Source: a virus. Taken from it: 64,000 nt of DNA. Position 1 is the first letter of the stretch. Each line of letters begins with the position of its first letter. Below the pieces are notes generated by a model that ran no database searches, was not told where the DNA came from, and worked only from the letters and a program-made list of their open reading frames with translations. Below are positions 36,563-48,332 of this stretch, piece after piece. Where the stretch lies: the IMG/VR virus record IMGVR_UViG_3300013947_000003, positions 1-64,000 of that record; one strand, given 5' to 3'. Both the position numbers and the translations under genes were made by a program.

Positions 36563-36973
36563 TTATAAATCCTTATACTCAGTTTTTGCATCAAAAGAAG
36601 GGCACGCTTTATTGGCATATTCTCTATGCCCGTGTATAGTAGCGTTAGGATATTTCTTTCTAAGATCTTTTATAAGTTTTATTAAAGAAGCTTTTTGAGC
36701 AGCTGTTCGAGTGTCTTTAGGTGTTTTACCGTCTTTCGCTACGCCTCCTATATAACATACTCCTATAGAATATGCATTATGACCTGAGCAATGGGCTCCT
36801 ATTCTTTCTATTGGTCTACCTGTATGTATAGAGCCATCTCTATAAACAACATAATGGTAACCAATATCACTAAATCCTCTTTGTTTATGCCACTACCTTA
36901 TTTGATTTACTGTATAATCCTTTCCTTCAGGAGTAGCAGAACAGTGTATTATAATTTCATTTATTATTCTCAT
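36563..36973 (-). CDS. N-acetylmuramoyl-L-alanine amidase (PGRP / T7-lysozyme-type endolysin), 136 aa
   Basis: Translated by eye: IIHCSATPEG..WHKQRGFSDIGYHYVVYRDGSIHTGRP..IGAHCSGHN.YSIGVCYIGG. It has one in-frame TAG (IRQWH). Confidence 0.8.
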
Positions 36974-37259
36974 ATTTATTTATATATAAATCTAAATCCT
37001 TTTTATACCAAAATAATTCTTTAAAGCCCGCTTGTTTCATTCCTTTAGGCAATCTTCCTTGTCTAACATAATTATCAAAAGAAGCCCTACTGATATTTAA
37101 ATATTGGTAAGCCTAATATTTACTCAGTCTTTCTTGTTTATCAGAAAGAACTCTTAAAGATTTTAGTATTTGTTCTTCTTCCTCTTTTGTTAAATCACAA
37201 CTTCCTTTATCTATATTTTCTATAAAACCTTTTAATAAATGTCGGATTATTTTTAACAT
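36957..37259 (-). CDS. small HTH (excisionase/AlpA-like) DNA-binding protein (100 aa)
   Basis: Contains the motif YQYLNISRASFDNYVRQGRLPKG and one TAG. It overlaps both neighbouring genes. The start codon is uncertain. Confidence 0.45.
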
Positions 37260-37620
37260 AACTATATAATAAATAAAATAACATAATTCCTGTAATTATA
37301 ATATGAAAAACAAATAGATGAAAATCCGAAATATTAATTCCTATATGATAATCAATTAAGTTTAAAGTTTCTATAACAAATATATACCATAAAAATATTT
37401 TATGATATGTACAAAATCTAAAAACAATTGCAGATACATATATAAATACCCAGGGTAAAAAAGACATTCCACCAAGACAACTTAACAGCCATGTATCTAT
37501 ATCAAAATAAGCAAATAAAGTGTTGAAGAAATAACATAAAGCTCCTAATATTGGAATTAGCTTTAGTAATTTCAACAACACTTTATATAAAATCTTATTT
37601 AAGTTTTCCTCCTTTAGCAT
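37207..37620 (-). CDS. multi-pass membrane protein (holin candidate)
   Basis: Track ORF with about 4 hydrophobic segments, next to the endolysin and spanin-like genes. Confidence 0.5.
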   Translation of the reverse strand: MLKEENLNKILYKVLLKLLKLIPILGALCYFFNTLFAYFDIDTWLLSCLGGMSFLPWVFIYVSAIVFRFCTYHKIFLWYIFVIETLNLIDYHIGINISDFHLFVFHIIITGIMLFYLLYSYVKNNPTFIKRFYRKYR

Positions 37621-37658
37621 ACTATCCTTTCTTTAGTCCTGCTTTCGGAGTTAGAGGC

Positions 37659-38051
37659 TTAGGCCTTCTTGTCTTTGTTTTTGTTTTTGCCATTTTCATC
37701 TTTTTTAGGCTAGCTCATAATTCTAAGCTAGCAGGTTAAATCAGTACATATTTGAGTAGTTAACTATATTACCGCAGTTTTAAGATCTTCAAGTTCTCTC
37801 TTTAAATTATCATTATCCTATCTTAAAGTGACAATTTCAATACGAAGTTCCTTGTTTTCCTATAGTGCAGTATCCAATCTTTCTTTATTGTCGTTACTTA
37901 ACTTTTCATAAAACTCTAAAGATGCTTCCATATTACTTATTACTGAATTATCTACTTCACTATTATATTTCTTTCTTGCTAAAAACCATGATAACCAGCT
38001 TCCTGCTGTAGTAGAAACTACTCCAATTACTGCTATAATAATTTCAGTCAT
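37659..38051 (-). CDS. N-terminal TM plus coiled-coil protein (holin or i-spanin-like, 130 aa)
   Basis: Track ORF 37860-38051 (TM segment IIIAVIGVVSTTAGSWLSWFLA) continues through TAG codons to TAA 37659-37661. Confidence 0.5.
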
Positions 38052-38055
38052 CGGA

Positions 38056-38442
38056 TTAAGATTTTTTTAGTTTATACCATGTTATTGCGGCACCTCCTAT
38101 TATAAATGCAGCACCTAACCACATTAATAACTTTTGATACCATTTAATTTTATTAACTTCTTTCACTTCAGTTTTTGTTATATATATCGGCGTTTCAATA
38201 GAGTCTTTCTGTATCATAGTATCAGTATGATTTAGATATTTATAAATGTACTTATACTTATATAAGTACAAGGTATCACCATTTACAAATCTGTCAATAC
38301 TATCATGAACATATATACTGTCTATTTTTAATGTATTTATATATTCTGTTTTTACTTTTTCTATAGGAACTTCTTTTTCTATTATTTTAGTAGACCCACA
38401 AGCAACTAGAAAAACAAGAATAATTATTAATAAATATCTCAT
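38056..38442 (-). CDS. lipoprotein with C-terminal TM: unimolecular-spanin-like
   Basis: Has a lipobox LVAC|GS at the N-terminus and a C-terminal TM segment LLMWLGAAFIIGGAAITW. Confidence 0.55.
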   Translation of the reverse strand: MRYLLIIILVFLVACGSTKIIEKEVPIEKVKTEYINTLKIDSIYVHDSIDRFVNGDTLYLYKYKYIYKYLNHTDTMIQKDSIETPIYITKTEVKEVNKIKWYQKLLMWLGAAFIIGGAAITWYKLKKS

Positions 38443-40004
38443 AGTTTGTTTTTTGTATACATTATCTAATGTAACGTTCCATTATATACATTAGGTTCCA
38501 CAATAATTATATTGTCTTTATGGGTTACCATACTTCCGTTGCCTCCAAGGGGACTGCTAGACTTTCCTGTAGGAATTCCTTTAGATATGTTTTTAAATGT
38601 CATTTTAGATGCTTTAGTATTAAACATTGCAGTATTTAAGTTTTCACACTCAAAATCTATTGTACCTAAATAAACAGATCCGTCTTCATTTCCATTTTCA
38701 AAACATCTATTATAATAACAACACACCAGCTTTATACTTTGTTCATCAGACAAATAATTTTTAACATAAGTTATTCTAGGTAATGCTCCCTATAAATGTC
38801 CCCCTGCAGTATTTATTTTAATAGGAACTAAAGGTTGATCTGCATTACCATTAATACCGTCAGTAATAGTACTGCATAAAGGATCTATAATATTTCCTCC
38901 AAATCCTAACCAAAACAATTTATTATACTAGTTTCCGACATTACCCACTGCACGTATTACATAAAATATATGTCCAGATTCTGTGATTGTAAAATCAGGT
39001 TCAGAAACTAAAGTAGTATTACCATGTAATATAGAGGGCGTAATTGTAGCATCCCATTCTACTCCTGAAAAATCAGCTAGTTTCATTCCATCAAAAGTCT
39101 CAAAATCTTCAGTATGAACCAAATATATAGATCTCCAACAACCATCTGCAGAAAAATTTAATCTGTTTCTTGCGTAAGCCATAAAGTAATACAGCTTATT
39201 AAATTTGATTACTTTATTAGTGGGTATAACATGCATGTTATTGATAACAAGGTCTAAATCTTTAGATGTCCAAGTTTTACCACCATCTATAGATTTATAT
39301 AATGTTGTTATTTGGTCGCTTGTAAACTTTAGAGATATTATAACTTCGTTAAGCTCTTTATCTGTAAAATTAACACAGACGCAGTCTCCAAACATACTTG
39401 CAGCAGCATTGGGAACCTCATTATCATATATAAGTTCTTCAGTAGTATTTTCGTATATTTTATAAACTCGGTCTCTATAATTAGTTATAGAGTATAAAGT
39501 AGCTTTTTCCTGTCTTTCAAGTCTATACAAATACTGTTTATCATAGTATTGGTCTTCTCCTACTATATATTCCCAAGAAGGACTCCAAGGAGTTGTCTAT
39601 TTAGTAGCATCAACTTTATTAAAATACTTTATATCTTCTTCAATCTTTTCATTAATACTATCAATATCTTCTGCTTGTTTTTCAACTTTAGAAGTAAGAG
39701 CCTTAATAGCAGTGTTTAGAGTATTTAATTTATTATCAGTATTTGTTTTCCAAACATTTAATTCCTATATGGCTGCTTTATTGTCTGAAATGTCTTTTTC
39801 AATAGTTTGAAAATGAAAAATAGTATCTTGAAGGATATTATCCTTAATTGTGCTAAGATTAACTCTTACATTTTTAGCATTCTACACTATTACTATAGAG
39901 TCCTCATCTTTAATAGAACTTTTTAAATCAAACTCTAAATCTTTAACTCCTTTAGAATTTAACCATTTTTCTATTTTCTCTAATTCTAATCTTCCTAAAA
40001 ACAT
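38439..40004 (-). CDS. tail fibre / receptor-binding protein with coiled-coil and BNR (Asp-box) motif (521 aa)
   Basis: Track ORFs 38928-39530 and 38466-38753 share one frame. Contains an Asp-box SIDGGKTW. The TAG at 38466 reads through to TGA 38439-38441, which overlaps the next ATG (CTATGAGA). Confidence 0.65.
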
Positions 40005-40717
40005 TATTCTACAGCTATTAATTGTATTTTTATTTTTCGACTACCATTATTAATAATACTACTAGTATCAGTCATTTTGGGAATGGTTACTTGCAAATAT
40101 GCTTTAGTTCCAGCAGTTGCAACTCCTTCTGAGTTTTTCCAACTTGAAGTAATAACATCGCTTTTATATACGCGTTCTCTGTCCTAAGTAAGTACATCCC
40201 CCACTTCATGTTTACACCATATTACTATAGGTTCTAAAAAATAGTCTTGTATTCCTATATAAGGAGCACTATTCCAATAAATACTATACCCATTAAATTC
40301 TTTTATATCAGACTAGTAATCATACAAACCATTATTCAACATAGGTACCGCCACAGTTTTAGAACTTCCTACTTTTAGGTCTTTAAAAAAGTTTCTAATA
40401 CCAAGAGTAAATACAGGCATTGTTAGTTGATCATATTTAGAAGCATAACTAGCACAATCTCTTTTTGATATATAATTCGCATTAATACCTTTTACCTCAG
40501 TTTCTAAAGATGATACACTATACACAAAGTCATCCATATTTCCTACAGGGGACCAGCTACCGTCTATATAATGGTAGATTATATCATTATCAGAATGTAA
40601 CTCATAAGATTCTTCATCCTAATCGCTTTTTATTTTCTGTTTACCTGCTTTTATCCAAAGTACATTTGTTTGTTTGGGAGGATTGGCAGAATATATAATA
40701 TTTTCGTACTTTATCAT
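40004..40717 (-). CDS. tail fibre-like protein (237 aa)
   Basis: The N-terminus MIKYENIIYSANPPKQTNVLWIKAGK is paralogous to the upstream gene. The TAA at 40004-40006 overlaps the next ATG. Confidence 0.6.
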
Positions 40718-40719
40718 AA

Positions 40720-41502
40720 TTAATCTATTAAGGTTACTATTACTTTATTCAAACTTGCATTTGCTTCAATTTCAGTCACACTATAAAACTCTACCTTAAT
40801 CCTTTTTTGTATATGTTCTACACTACTACCAACATCAATAGTAGTTTCTGTAATATATGTAGGTCTTAATTCCTAACTATAATTAGTTTTAAAAGCAAAG
40901 TTTGTAGAAGTAAAATCTAACTTACAAGGAACTCCTGTTTGTGTATTACCACTTAAAGTATTTGTTATGATTATATATGGAACATGATAATAATAAATTG
41001 CTTTTCCCACAGCTTCCCATTTATTATTGCTGGTAATAGTGGGTGTTATAGCAATATCACGTGTGATGCTAACTGTATCCATAGAAAGTTCATGAAGGTT
41101 ATCAATCTAAATTACAGGTATAGCCAAAGAAGACTCAGTGCCTTTATAAGTAGTAAAGTTGTCACTAAGCACATTAACACTGTTATTAAGGGTAGTAACG
41201 GTATTATTTACAGTAGTAACAGTATTATTTACAGAAGTAATAGACTCTTTAATATTGTCCGTCTCACTTTGAAGAGTTACAATATCTTCTTTTATACCTG
41301 ATATATAGTCAGCCGTATCATCCGCATTATTTACAGACCTCCAATTTCCGTCTACAAATTGATACAGTTTACTCCCAGGATATTCACTTTTATCCTCTTC
41401 AGGATTTTGTAAAGATTCAACGTATTTACCTGCTTTTATCCACAAAACATTATGTTCTTCAGGAGCTTTTTTTGAATATACTATATCTTTATATTTTATC
41501 AT
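40720..41502 (-). CDS. tail fibre-like protein (260 aa)
   Basis: Track ORFs 41107-41502 and 40873-41082 are in the same frame and joined by TAG. It begins MIKYKDIVYSKKAPEEHNVLWIKAGK. The stop is TAA 40720-40722. Confidence 0.6.
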
Positions 41503-43904
41503 TTACTATTAGTATTAGTAGGTTTATTTATTTGCTTTAATTTAAGAGCCTCATCGGCTTTATTTTTACGTTTAGTTTCAGCTAATTTATCTTTTTCTAA
41601 TTCCTATTTAGAATTAAACTATCTAATTTTTTCGTCAAGTTCAGCTTTTGCTTGTTCCGGATCTTCTTTATAGAAATTCTAATTAGCCATAGATTCAGCA
41701 TTTATTTCTGCAACAAGTATTCTGGTTTCATTGTCTCTTTGATTTATGGAATCTTTAAGTTCCATTTCTGCCTATTTTTGCTGCGCTTCCTGCTGTATTT
41801 GTTGCTGTGCCAATTCTTGTTGCTGTTGCTATTGTTGCTATGCTCTCTATAACATGTCTTCTTCATTCTTTTGGACCATTCTTTGTTTCTCGGCTAATGA
41901 AGTACTATTGTATAATTTCATAATAGTAGAGAAGTTAAGTGTTTGATTCTATAGGGCTGCCTATGCTAGCATATCTAACTTTTGTTTAAGCTCCTGCATA
42001 CCATCACTATTATCAACAACTAAACCATAGTCAGCTTCAGCAAACTCATCACCATCAATTTCAGTAACTTTCATAGTATTATCTGCTAATAAATACTAGA
42101 ACTTCTTACTTCTTCCTTTAAGTGCAATTTTTGCAGTTTCTAAAAAGCATTCTAAAGCTCTTCTTTTAACATCGTCATGGACCATAAACAGCCATTCAGT
42201 AATATGAGAAGACTGTAAAGTAGCCCTTTCCACACCACCAACAGTTTCTCTATTACTAATCTAGCCTTCTCTTTGTCTAGAAATGCCTGCAACATCAGAC
42301 ATTTCCTACTTAATATACTCCAATAGATTTACATATTGCTATATGGTATTACCAACATCTGCGTTAAATGCTCCCTGTTGTGCATTATTTAAAGCCCCTG
42401 AAAGCTTTCCCATAGCTGCTCCTGAATTGCCTTCTTTAAAACTATCAGAAACAACAATACCGGAAGTTTTAGCAAAATACATCCACTTTTCTATATCCCA
42501 TCCAGTAGGAACTTTGGCTAAATCTAGATTAATTAGAACACCCCAATTTCTAGCAAGTAGTTTATTAAGTCTGTCGTGTATAACATCATATAAGTAATTA
42601 TATGATTTCATCTTATCAACTAAAGAAAATGGTTTTGAATCATTAAGATTATAAACAGATCCTACAATACCAAAATGGCATCTTGAAGGATTGGAGAGTC
42701 TATTATACTAAACTACCCTAGGACGCATATTTACATAAATATCTGTGCCTATTTTAGTTCCTTCCCAAGCTTCATTTATATAAAAAACTGTTTCTTCCTC
42801 ACCCTCTTCTGTTTTTGTTATATAAGTTTCCGGATAAAAATTAAATACTTCTTCACCTGTTTCTGGATCATAAGATTTAACTTTTTTTATTTTTCTTCTA
42901 GATTTCCAATAAACTCTAAGAACCCTTATATTACCATTCATATCAAAAGGAAGAAGCGAATCATTAACTCCATCAAGTTCTCCTGTAATATTAGAAAAAA
43001 AATCAGTTTGGGAATTAAATGTTTCACCTAACATAGAACCATTTATAAATCCATATCTTTCATCTATATTATCCATAGAATCAGTAGATCCTTGCCCCAA
43101 ATTGTCAGGCATTTCTTCTATATACTCTCTGTCCTTTTCTGACAATACATCATAATAAGTATCTATTATCTTCCCGGGGCTCCAATAATCCTCAAGTATT
43201 ATAATATCTGCATCTTCTAATCTATTAGAATATCCAGATCTAAATGCGCGTATTTTTAAAGGGTTTATTCTTTCAATGACGGGTTCTCCACCAACAATAT
43301 CACATTGATATATTTCTTCACCAACAGTCATTCCGTCCATAAATCCTTGGTTAAATATCAAAGGCATGTTAAGTTCCTTAACATAGTGGTGTAATAATGA
43401 ATTGGCCCTTATTTCTCTCATATCTTGCCATTCTAGAGAAAAATAATCTCCCATCTATTGAATGCGTTGATTAAACTCTTCCTCAGAAGAGGAAGTATCC
43501 TAAACAGCTTTTTGAAGTTCCTAATATATTTGATCCCTTTTATTGTTTTCTATTTCAGATATAGAATTAGGATTTGTAATAACAACTCTATAATCAAATA
43601 CTCTGGCAGATTCTTCGCCTCTCAGAACATCTAGTTTGCTATTCATGATAGGATAGTGTTGTATTTTATCAGGAATAAATCCAGCCTGAAGATGCTCGGG
43701 ATTTAATATCATCATAAGGTCACTCATATGAAGTTTACCATTAATTAAATCATAATTAATCTTCTTATGAATAACACTGTTCCTAACAGGTGAATAGTTG
43801 AAAAATGTCTTAGAGTCTGCCCAATCACAATGAAGTTTACGCCATTTTTTATTCTTTTTATTAAATGGCAACTATTGTGGGGGTAATTTAACAAAATTAC
43901 TCAT
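41499..43904 (-). CDS. portal protein (801 aa)
   Basis: Three track ORFs share one frame. Its size and its position after TerL fit a portal. It has a C-terminal poly-Q tract made of TAG, CAA and CAG (41772-41855). The TGA overlaps the next ATG (ATGA). Confidence 0.75.
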
Positions 43905-43929
43905 ATATCTTTCAACTTTAAATTTTATA

Positions 43930-43937
43930 CAAAGGTA
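43930..43937 (-). promoter_or_regulatory. -7 box TACCTTTG
   Basis: Lies 26 nt upstream of the portal ATG at 43904. Confidence 0.45.
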
Positions 43938-43983
43938 TCATATAATAAACAAATACACAACATAATAATTATTTTATTAACTA

Positions 43984-46221
43984 TTATAAAGTATTAAGTT
44001 TAAACTGTCTATAATTTTTTTCAAAGAATGGGTCTATCTCAAGTCCTTTAGGTTTTACCTAAGCTCTTCGCATATCCCCTTGATATAATATCATCTTTTC
44101 TTCTCTAAAGAGCATTAACTAAACTAATGACATCAATCTATCAACATTTATATCAGGGTTAAATAATATAAGTTCTTTTAGTAAAGCTCTATTTTTAATA
44201 AATGATAAATTAGGCACAGTATAAGAAACTTCATGACCATTCTATTCTTCATTTATAGTAACAGGCTTTAATAACCAATCTCTAATTAAAGTTAGTCCAA
44301 AGTTTTTAATAGGTACTGTTGCCTAAACTCCCTTACTAGAATTACCAAAATTAGAGGACTTTATCAACTATTTATTCCTTAAATATTCAGGTGTATCAGC
44401 CAACATGTACAAACTATTAGTTCTACTAAAGTAAGAAAATGTGTTCTTTTTATTACTTTCATAGAGTAATTGACAATTATAAAATAAACATATCTTTCTA
44501 GCTATCTCATTTAAATCATCTACAAACATAGGTCTGCCTGTGTACTCTGCAACTATTCTATCAGTCCATAGGTCCATTACAAACAAAGAACCTAAAGACA
44601 TTGTATTAGATTCATCATTTTCATAATTATCTAGAGATGCTATATACCTATCCTATGGAATCTTACCTTGTACTTCCTAAGGCATTTCAAATATTTCTAA
44701 AGCTCCGGTACTTTTATTATCCTTTAATGGGAAGTCTCTAATAGGTTTATCATAACTAGGCTAGAACTCTACTTCATGTTTTTTATTAAATACAAGATTT
44801 CCTATATAAGTATCATCGTAGAAATTAGGGTTATTATCAATTTCATTTAATCTAGCTGTTAATTCTGTTATAGGAAATATATTGCCTTTAGCTCTCTGAA
44901 TAGCTTCCTACGGTGTTATAGGAATTTCAGCAATACGTTTAGTAATAGCATTAATATTAGTTGAATTATATTTAACAAGATACCTATCTTTTAGTATTTG
45001 TACTAATGCCTTAATAACATCGCTATTACCATCTTTATCATAACAATCAGCCCTATTTAAATATCCAGGAAAAAAGTATGTAAACTATTTCCTTCCCTAT
45101 CCCTCTTTATCATAAATATTATCAATCCCTAAAACATTGTAGCCTTTAGGATTATACATAAGTTCCTGCATAGAACTAAAGTCAGAGTCATTATCACCTG
45201 CTGTACCCCAAGCAGCAATAATTCCCCACACACTATCACCATCTTCTACAGAAGGCCTTAATACCTACCATAGATTTAATAACCTAGGGAACGTGCCACT
45301 CTCCTCGATTATATATAAAACTCCTCTAGAACCTCTAAGTTTAGATTCATCATCTTTAGAAGTAATACCCATAACACTATTTTCTGTACCCATTCTAACA
45401 CCTGTTTCAACATCTAAATAGCCCATAGTCCATTGCATATTCTAAAGACTAGATGTTAATCTTCTAGAGGGAAATTGAGTATTACTAGCACAGAAATCTA
45501 TATAATACTAAAACATGTCTAGAATCTAATTAGCCCCTTGTATATATTTTCTTTCAGATGCAGTTACGACACACTATACTTTCTTATTTACTTCGTAACC
45601 TTCTCCTAATATAAATCTTTTAGCTAACAAAGAAGCACCACAAAAAGACTTACCACAACCACGTCTTGATAGTTCCATATAATGATGTCCTCGATCTCTA
45701 CACTATTGTAAAAAATGAAATTTATAATAGTGCCCTTCCCAAAATAATGGCATACCTACAGAACGTATTGTTTTACCTTTTGCATCTTTTTTTATAAGCT
45801 ACATAGGGCAGTAGTTTAAAAAGAAATACATATCACCGGTAATCCACTCACCATCAGATGGCCTTACATACCCTTCATAGCATCTTCTAATTTCCTCTCT
45901 AATCCATTTACCAAATTCACTATTAGGATTAGCATTAGGTTTTAAATCTGTTAGTCTTCCTGTTTTCTAAAAATGTATTGCTGTGGGTCTAAAATAATCC
46001 GTATCTTCTAATATGTGGGGTTTTGTTATGTCAATAATGATTTTACCTTCTTCATCTCTAGGAAGATCTTTAGCATAGGGTCTATCAGCAGAAATTAGCT
46101 TTTTTATATAAGGAACATTATTAATATAATCAAAGAACTGCTCCTTAACTTCTTCATTCATAGAATCAAGCAGTTCCTAAGTTATACTAGTCTAGCATTT
46201 ATTTAATCGAAAGTTCTCCAT
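43984..46221 (-). CDS. terL: terminase large subunit (745 aa)
   Basis: Track ORFs 45967-46161 and 44368-44601 share one frame. Contains a Walker A-like motif RRGCGKSF. It has about 20 in-frame TAG codons. The start is ATG 46221 (46161 is an alternative) and the stop is TAA 43984-43986. Confidence 0.8.
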
Positions 46222-46483
46222 TTAATACCAGTTTTATTATTTCTTGTATTATATATAAATCAAACTTTTTCTAAAAACTCTCTAAGGAAGTGGTTGATAC
46301 TTTATCTGTTTTAGTAAACCTTTCTATAAGCTCTCCTTTACTTTTAGTTATTTCATACAACTCCCCTGTGAAAGTCTTAATAATCTTCATTGTAGAATGT
46401 GTCTCCATAGTTTTTCTAACAACAAGATTTTTACCAACTGCTTTCCCTATAGTATTTATTACTTCATTAAAGGTTAAGTCCAT
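46199..46483 (-). CDS. small hypothetical protein (94 aa)
   Basis: The track ORF continues through the TAG at 46271 to TAA 46199-46201 and overlaps the terL start. Confidence 0.5.
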
Positions 46484-47015
46484 CTTCAAATAACTTTTTT
46501 TCGCCCGAACCTCTCATTTTTCCTGAACTAACCATTTCAGTGGTAATGGCTTTTTCTGCATCTGCAAGGTCCTTAACTAATTGTGGAATCATTTTAATAG
46601 TAGAGGTTATACTATTTATAGTATAAATAGGCTTTCCTTTATCATCTGAGGCATTAAGATCAACATCTCTAAGGAATGTTCTAACCTTATCTACTGCAAT
46701 ACGAGTATCCTCAAGAAGAAGCGCAGAGGGGGATTTAAAGGACTCATAAAACTACATAGCTTCTTGAACTTGTTTATCAGGTTTCCAATCCTTTAATCCC
46801 TCTCCCTCTATAACTGCTTTTGCCCTTTCTTTTGGGTCAATAATATATTGATAATCACTTCTAGGATCGCACATAAAATAAATATAAGCCAATTCCTAAA
46901 GTGCTTTATTTTTACCATTAGTTTTATCTCTAGACCATATTAATTTGAATGGCTTAAGCATTAGTGCTTCTTCCGAGATAACAACTTTATATGCATCATA
47001 TTTAAACAACTTCAT
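46467..47015 (-). CDS. hypothetical protein (182 aa), small-terminase candidate by position only
   Basis: Translated by eye with 2 in-frame TAG codons. It is the first gene after the terminator at 47024-47052. Confidence 0.5.
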
Positions 47016-47023
47016 AAATAATA

Positions 47024-47052
47024 AATTAAAAAAGCCTCTCAACTGAGAGGCT
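47024..47052 (-). terminator. rho-independent terminator
   Basis: An AGCCTCTC-AGTT-GAGAGGCT hairpin is followed by TTTTTAATT on the minus strand, directly after the TAA at 47060. Confidence 0.8.
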
Positions 47053-47059
47053 TTGTCCT

Positions 47060-47470
47060 TTAAAGAATAATGTCTTTATTAGGATGGATAATTGAAGTAT
47101 CTTCAGTTTCCTCCCATTCTTCTACTACAAATTCTATATCTCTGTCCTACAGTAGTAAACAGGGCTTATTATCAATTACAACAATATCAAATCTATATTC
47201 AATAACCGGATTGTCTGATATAATACCGTCTTTAAGACTGCCGTCTTTATGCTTTTTGATTGCAAATCTGTTTGGGTTTATTGAGACAAGATCTCCTACT
47301 TTAATGCCTCTAACAGAATCTCCAACAGCTAATACTTTTTGATACTCTTTTACAGTACCTGCTTTTTTTGTAACATCTATAATATTTCCTATTTTACCAT
47401 CTTCCTCATATACATCCATAGTTGTAACAAGGGCAGTAAACATAGGTTTAATTTTTTTTACTATCAACAT
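47060..47470 (-). CDS. GroES/gp31-like co-chaperonin (136 aa with one TAG readthrough)
   Basis: Shows a GroES-like pattern: IKPMFTALVTT...KEYQKVLAVGDSVRGIKVGDLV. The track ORF stops at a TAG, and 29 further codons then end at a TAA directly before a strong terminator. Confidence 0.55.
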
Positions 47471-47690
47471 ATGCTTTTATTCTTTTATATTTATCATAAG
47501 GGCAAGCTAACTTACCTAATGATGGAATATTAAAACTAGTAGTTAATTTAGAAAACTCTTCCTCTGATAAGTTTTCTTTTAAAGGTAACTCTTCTATGTG
47601 TTTTCTAATACATAGCCAAAAGGCTTTATAGGTTTTCTCCACCACATTTACTGGTAAATTTAACTCTTTTGCTATCTCTTCTATAGTCAT
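47448..47690 (-). CDS. small HTH-like protein
   Basis: Track ORF with no TAG and a TAA stop. The start overlaps the upstream TGA. Confidence 0.5.
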   Translation of the reverse strand: MTIEEIAKELNLPVNVVEKTYKAFWLCIRKHIEELPLKENLSEEEFSKLTTSFNIPSLGKLACPYDKYKRIKAYVDSKKN

Positions 47691-48070
47691 TCTGTAAAAT
47701 CAAATAACAGCATAAACTTAAAATTACCCTCGTCTTTTGTAATATTAGGTATGAATTTAGGATTTATTTTATCATCTATAATGATCTTCTTATCCCTAAG
47801 TTTAGACATTATAACCTGAAAATGAGAACTTGTAATACCACAATCTTCTCTTACAGCCTTTTTAATCTCCTCACTCATTAATACCCTATTAAGTAATTCC
47901 TCACTTGTAATATTGAGGCTTAATTGATACCTGTGTTTTACAAATGAGGAAATTACTTCAATCTCTCTATTTGTGAGATTATGAAAGGGCTTAAGAAACT
48001 CAAACCAATATTTAAAGAACTTTTCTTTTGTAGTGGGAATCCTAACAACATTGTTAATCTTCCCTAACAT
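47687..48070 (-). CDS. putative winged-helix DNA-binding protein
   Basis: Track ORF containing the segment GITSSHFQVIMSKLRDKKII. Confidence 0.45.
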   Translation of the reverse strand: MLGKINNVVRIPTTKEKFFKYWFEFLKPFHNLTNREIEVISSFVKHRYQLSLNITSEELLNRVLMSEEIKKAVREDCGITSSHFQVIMSKLRDKKIIIDDKINPKFIPNITKDEGNFKFMLLFDFTE

Positions 48071-48071
48071 A

Positions 48072-48329
48072 TTATTCTTCTGCTTGAGTTTCTTCTTTTA
48101 CAGGAGTCATAATCTCAACAATCTCCTTAACACACTTATCTACAAATTCCTTATCAAAGCTAATTTCATTTTCAATTACCTTAAAAAGATAATCAAGACG
48201 CTTAAAAAGAGTAGTAGTGCTAAATTGTTGAAGTTTATTATATAATGCATTATTATCCTGCTGAAGCTGTTCTGCAACTGCTTTAAGTTGTTCGTACGTA
48301 AGCTCCTTTACTTCTTTATTATCTTCCAT
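48072..48329 (-). CDS. hypothetical coiled-coil protein
   Basis: Track ORF with a TAA stop. Confidence 0.5.
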   Translation of the reverse strand: MEDNKEVKELTYEQLKAVAEQLQQDNNALYNKLQQFSTTTLFKRLDYLFKVIENEISFDKEFVDKCVKEIVEIMTPVKEETQAEE

Positions 48330-48332
48330 TGC

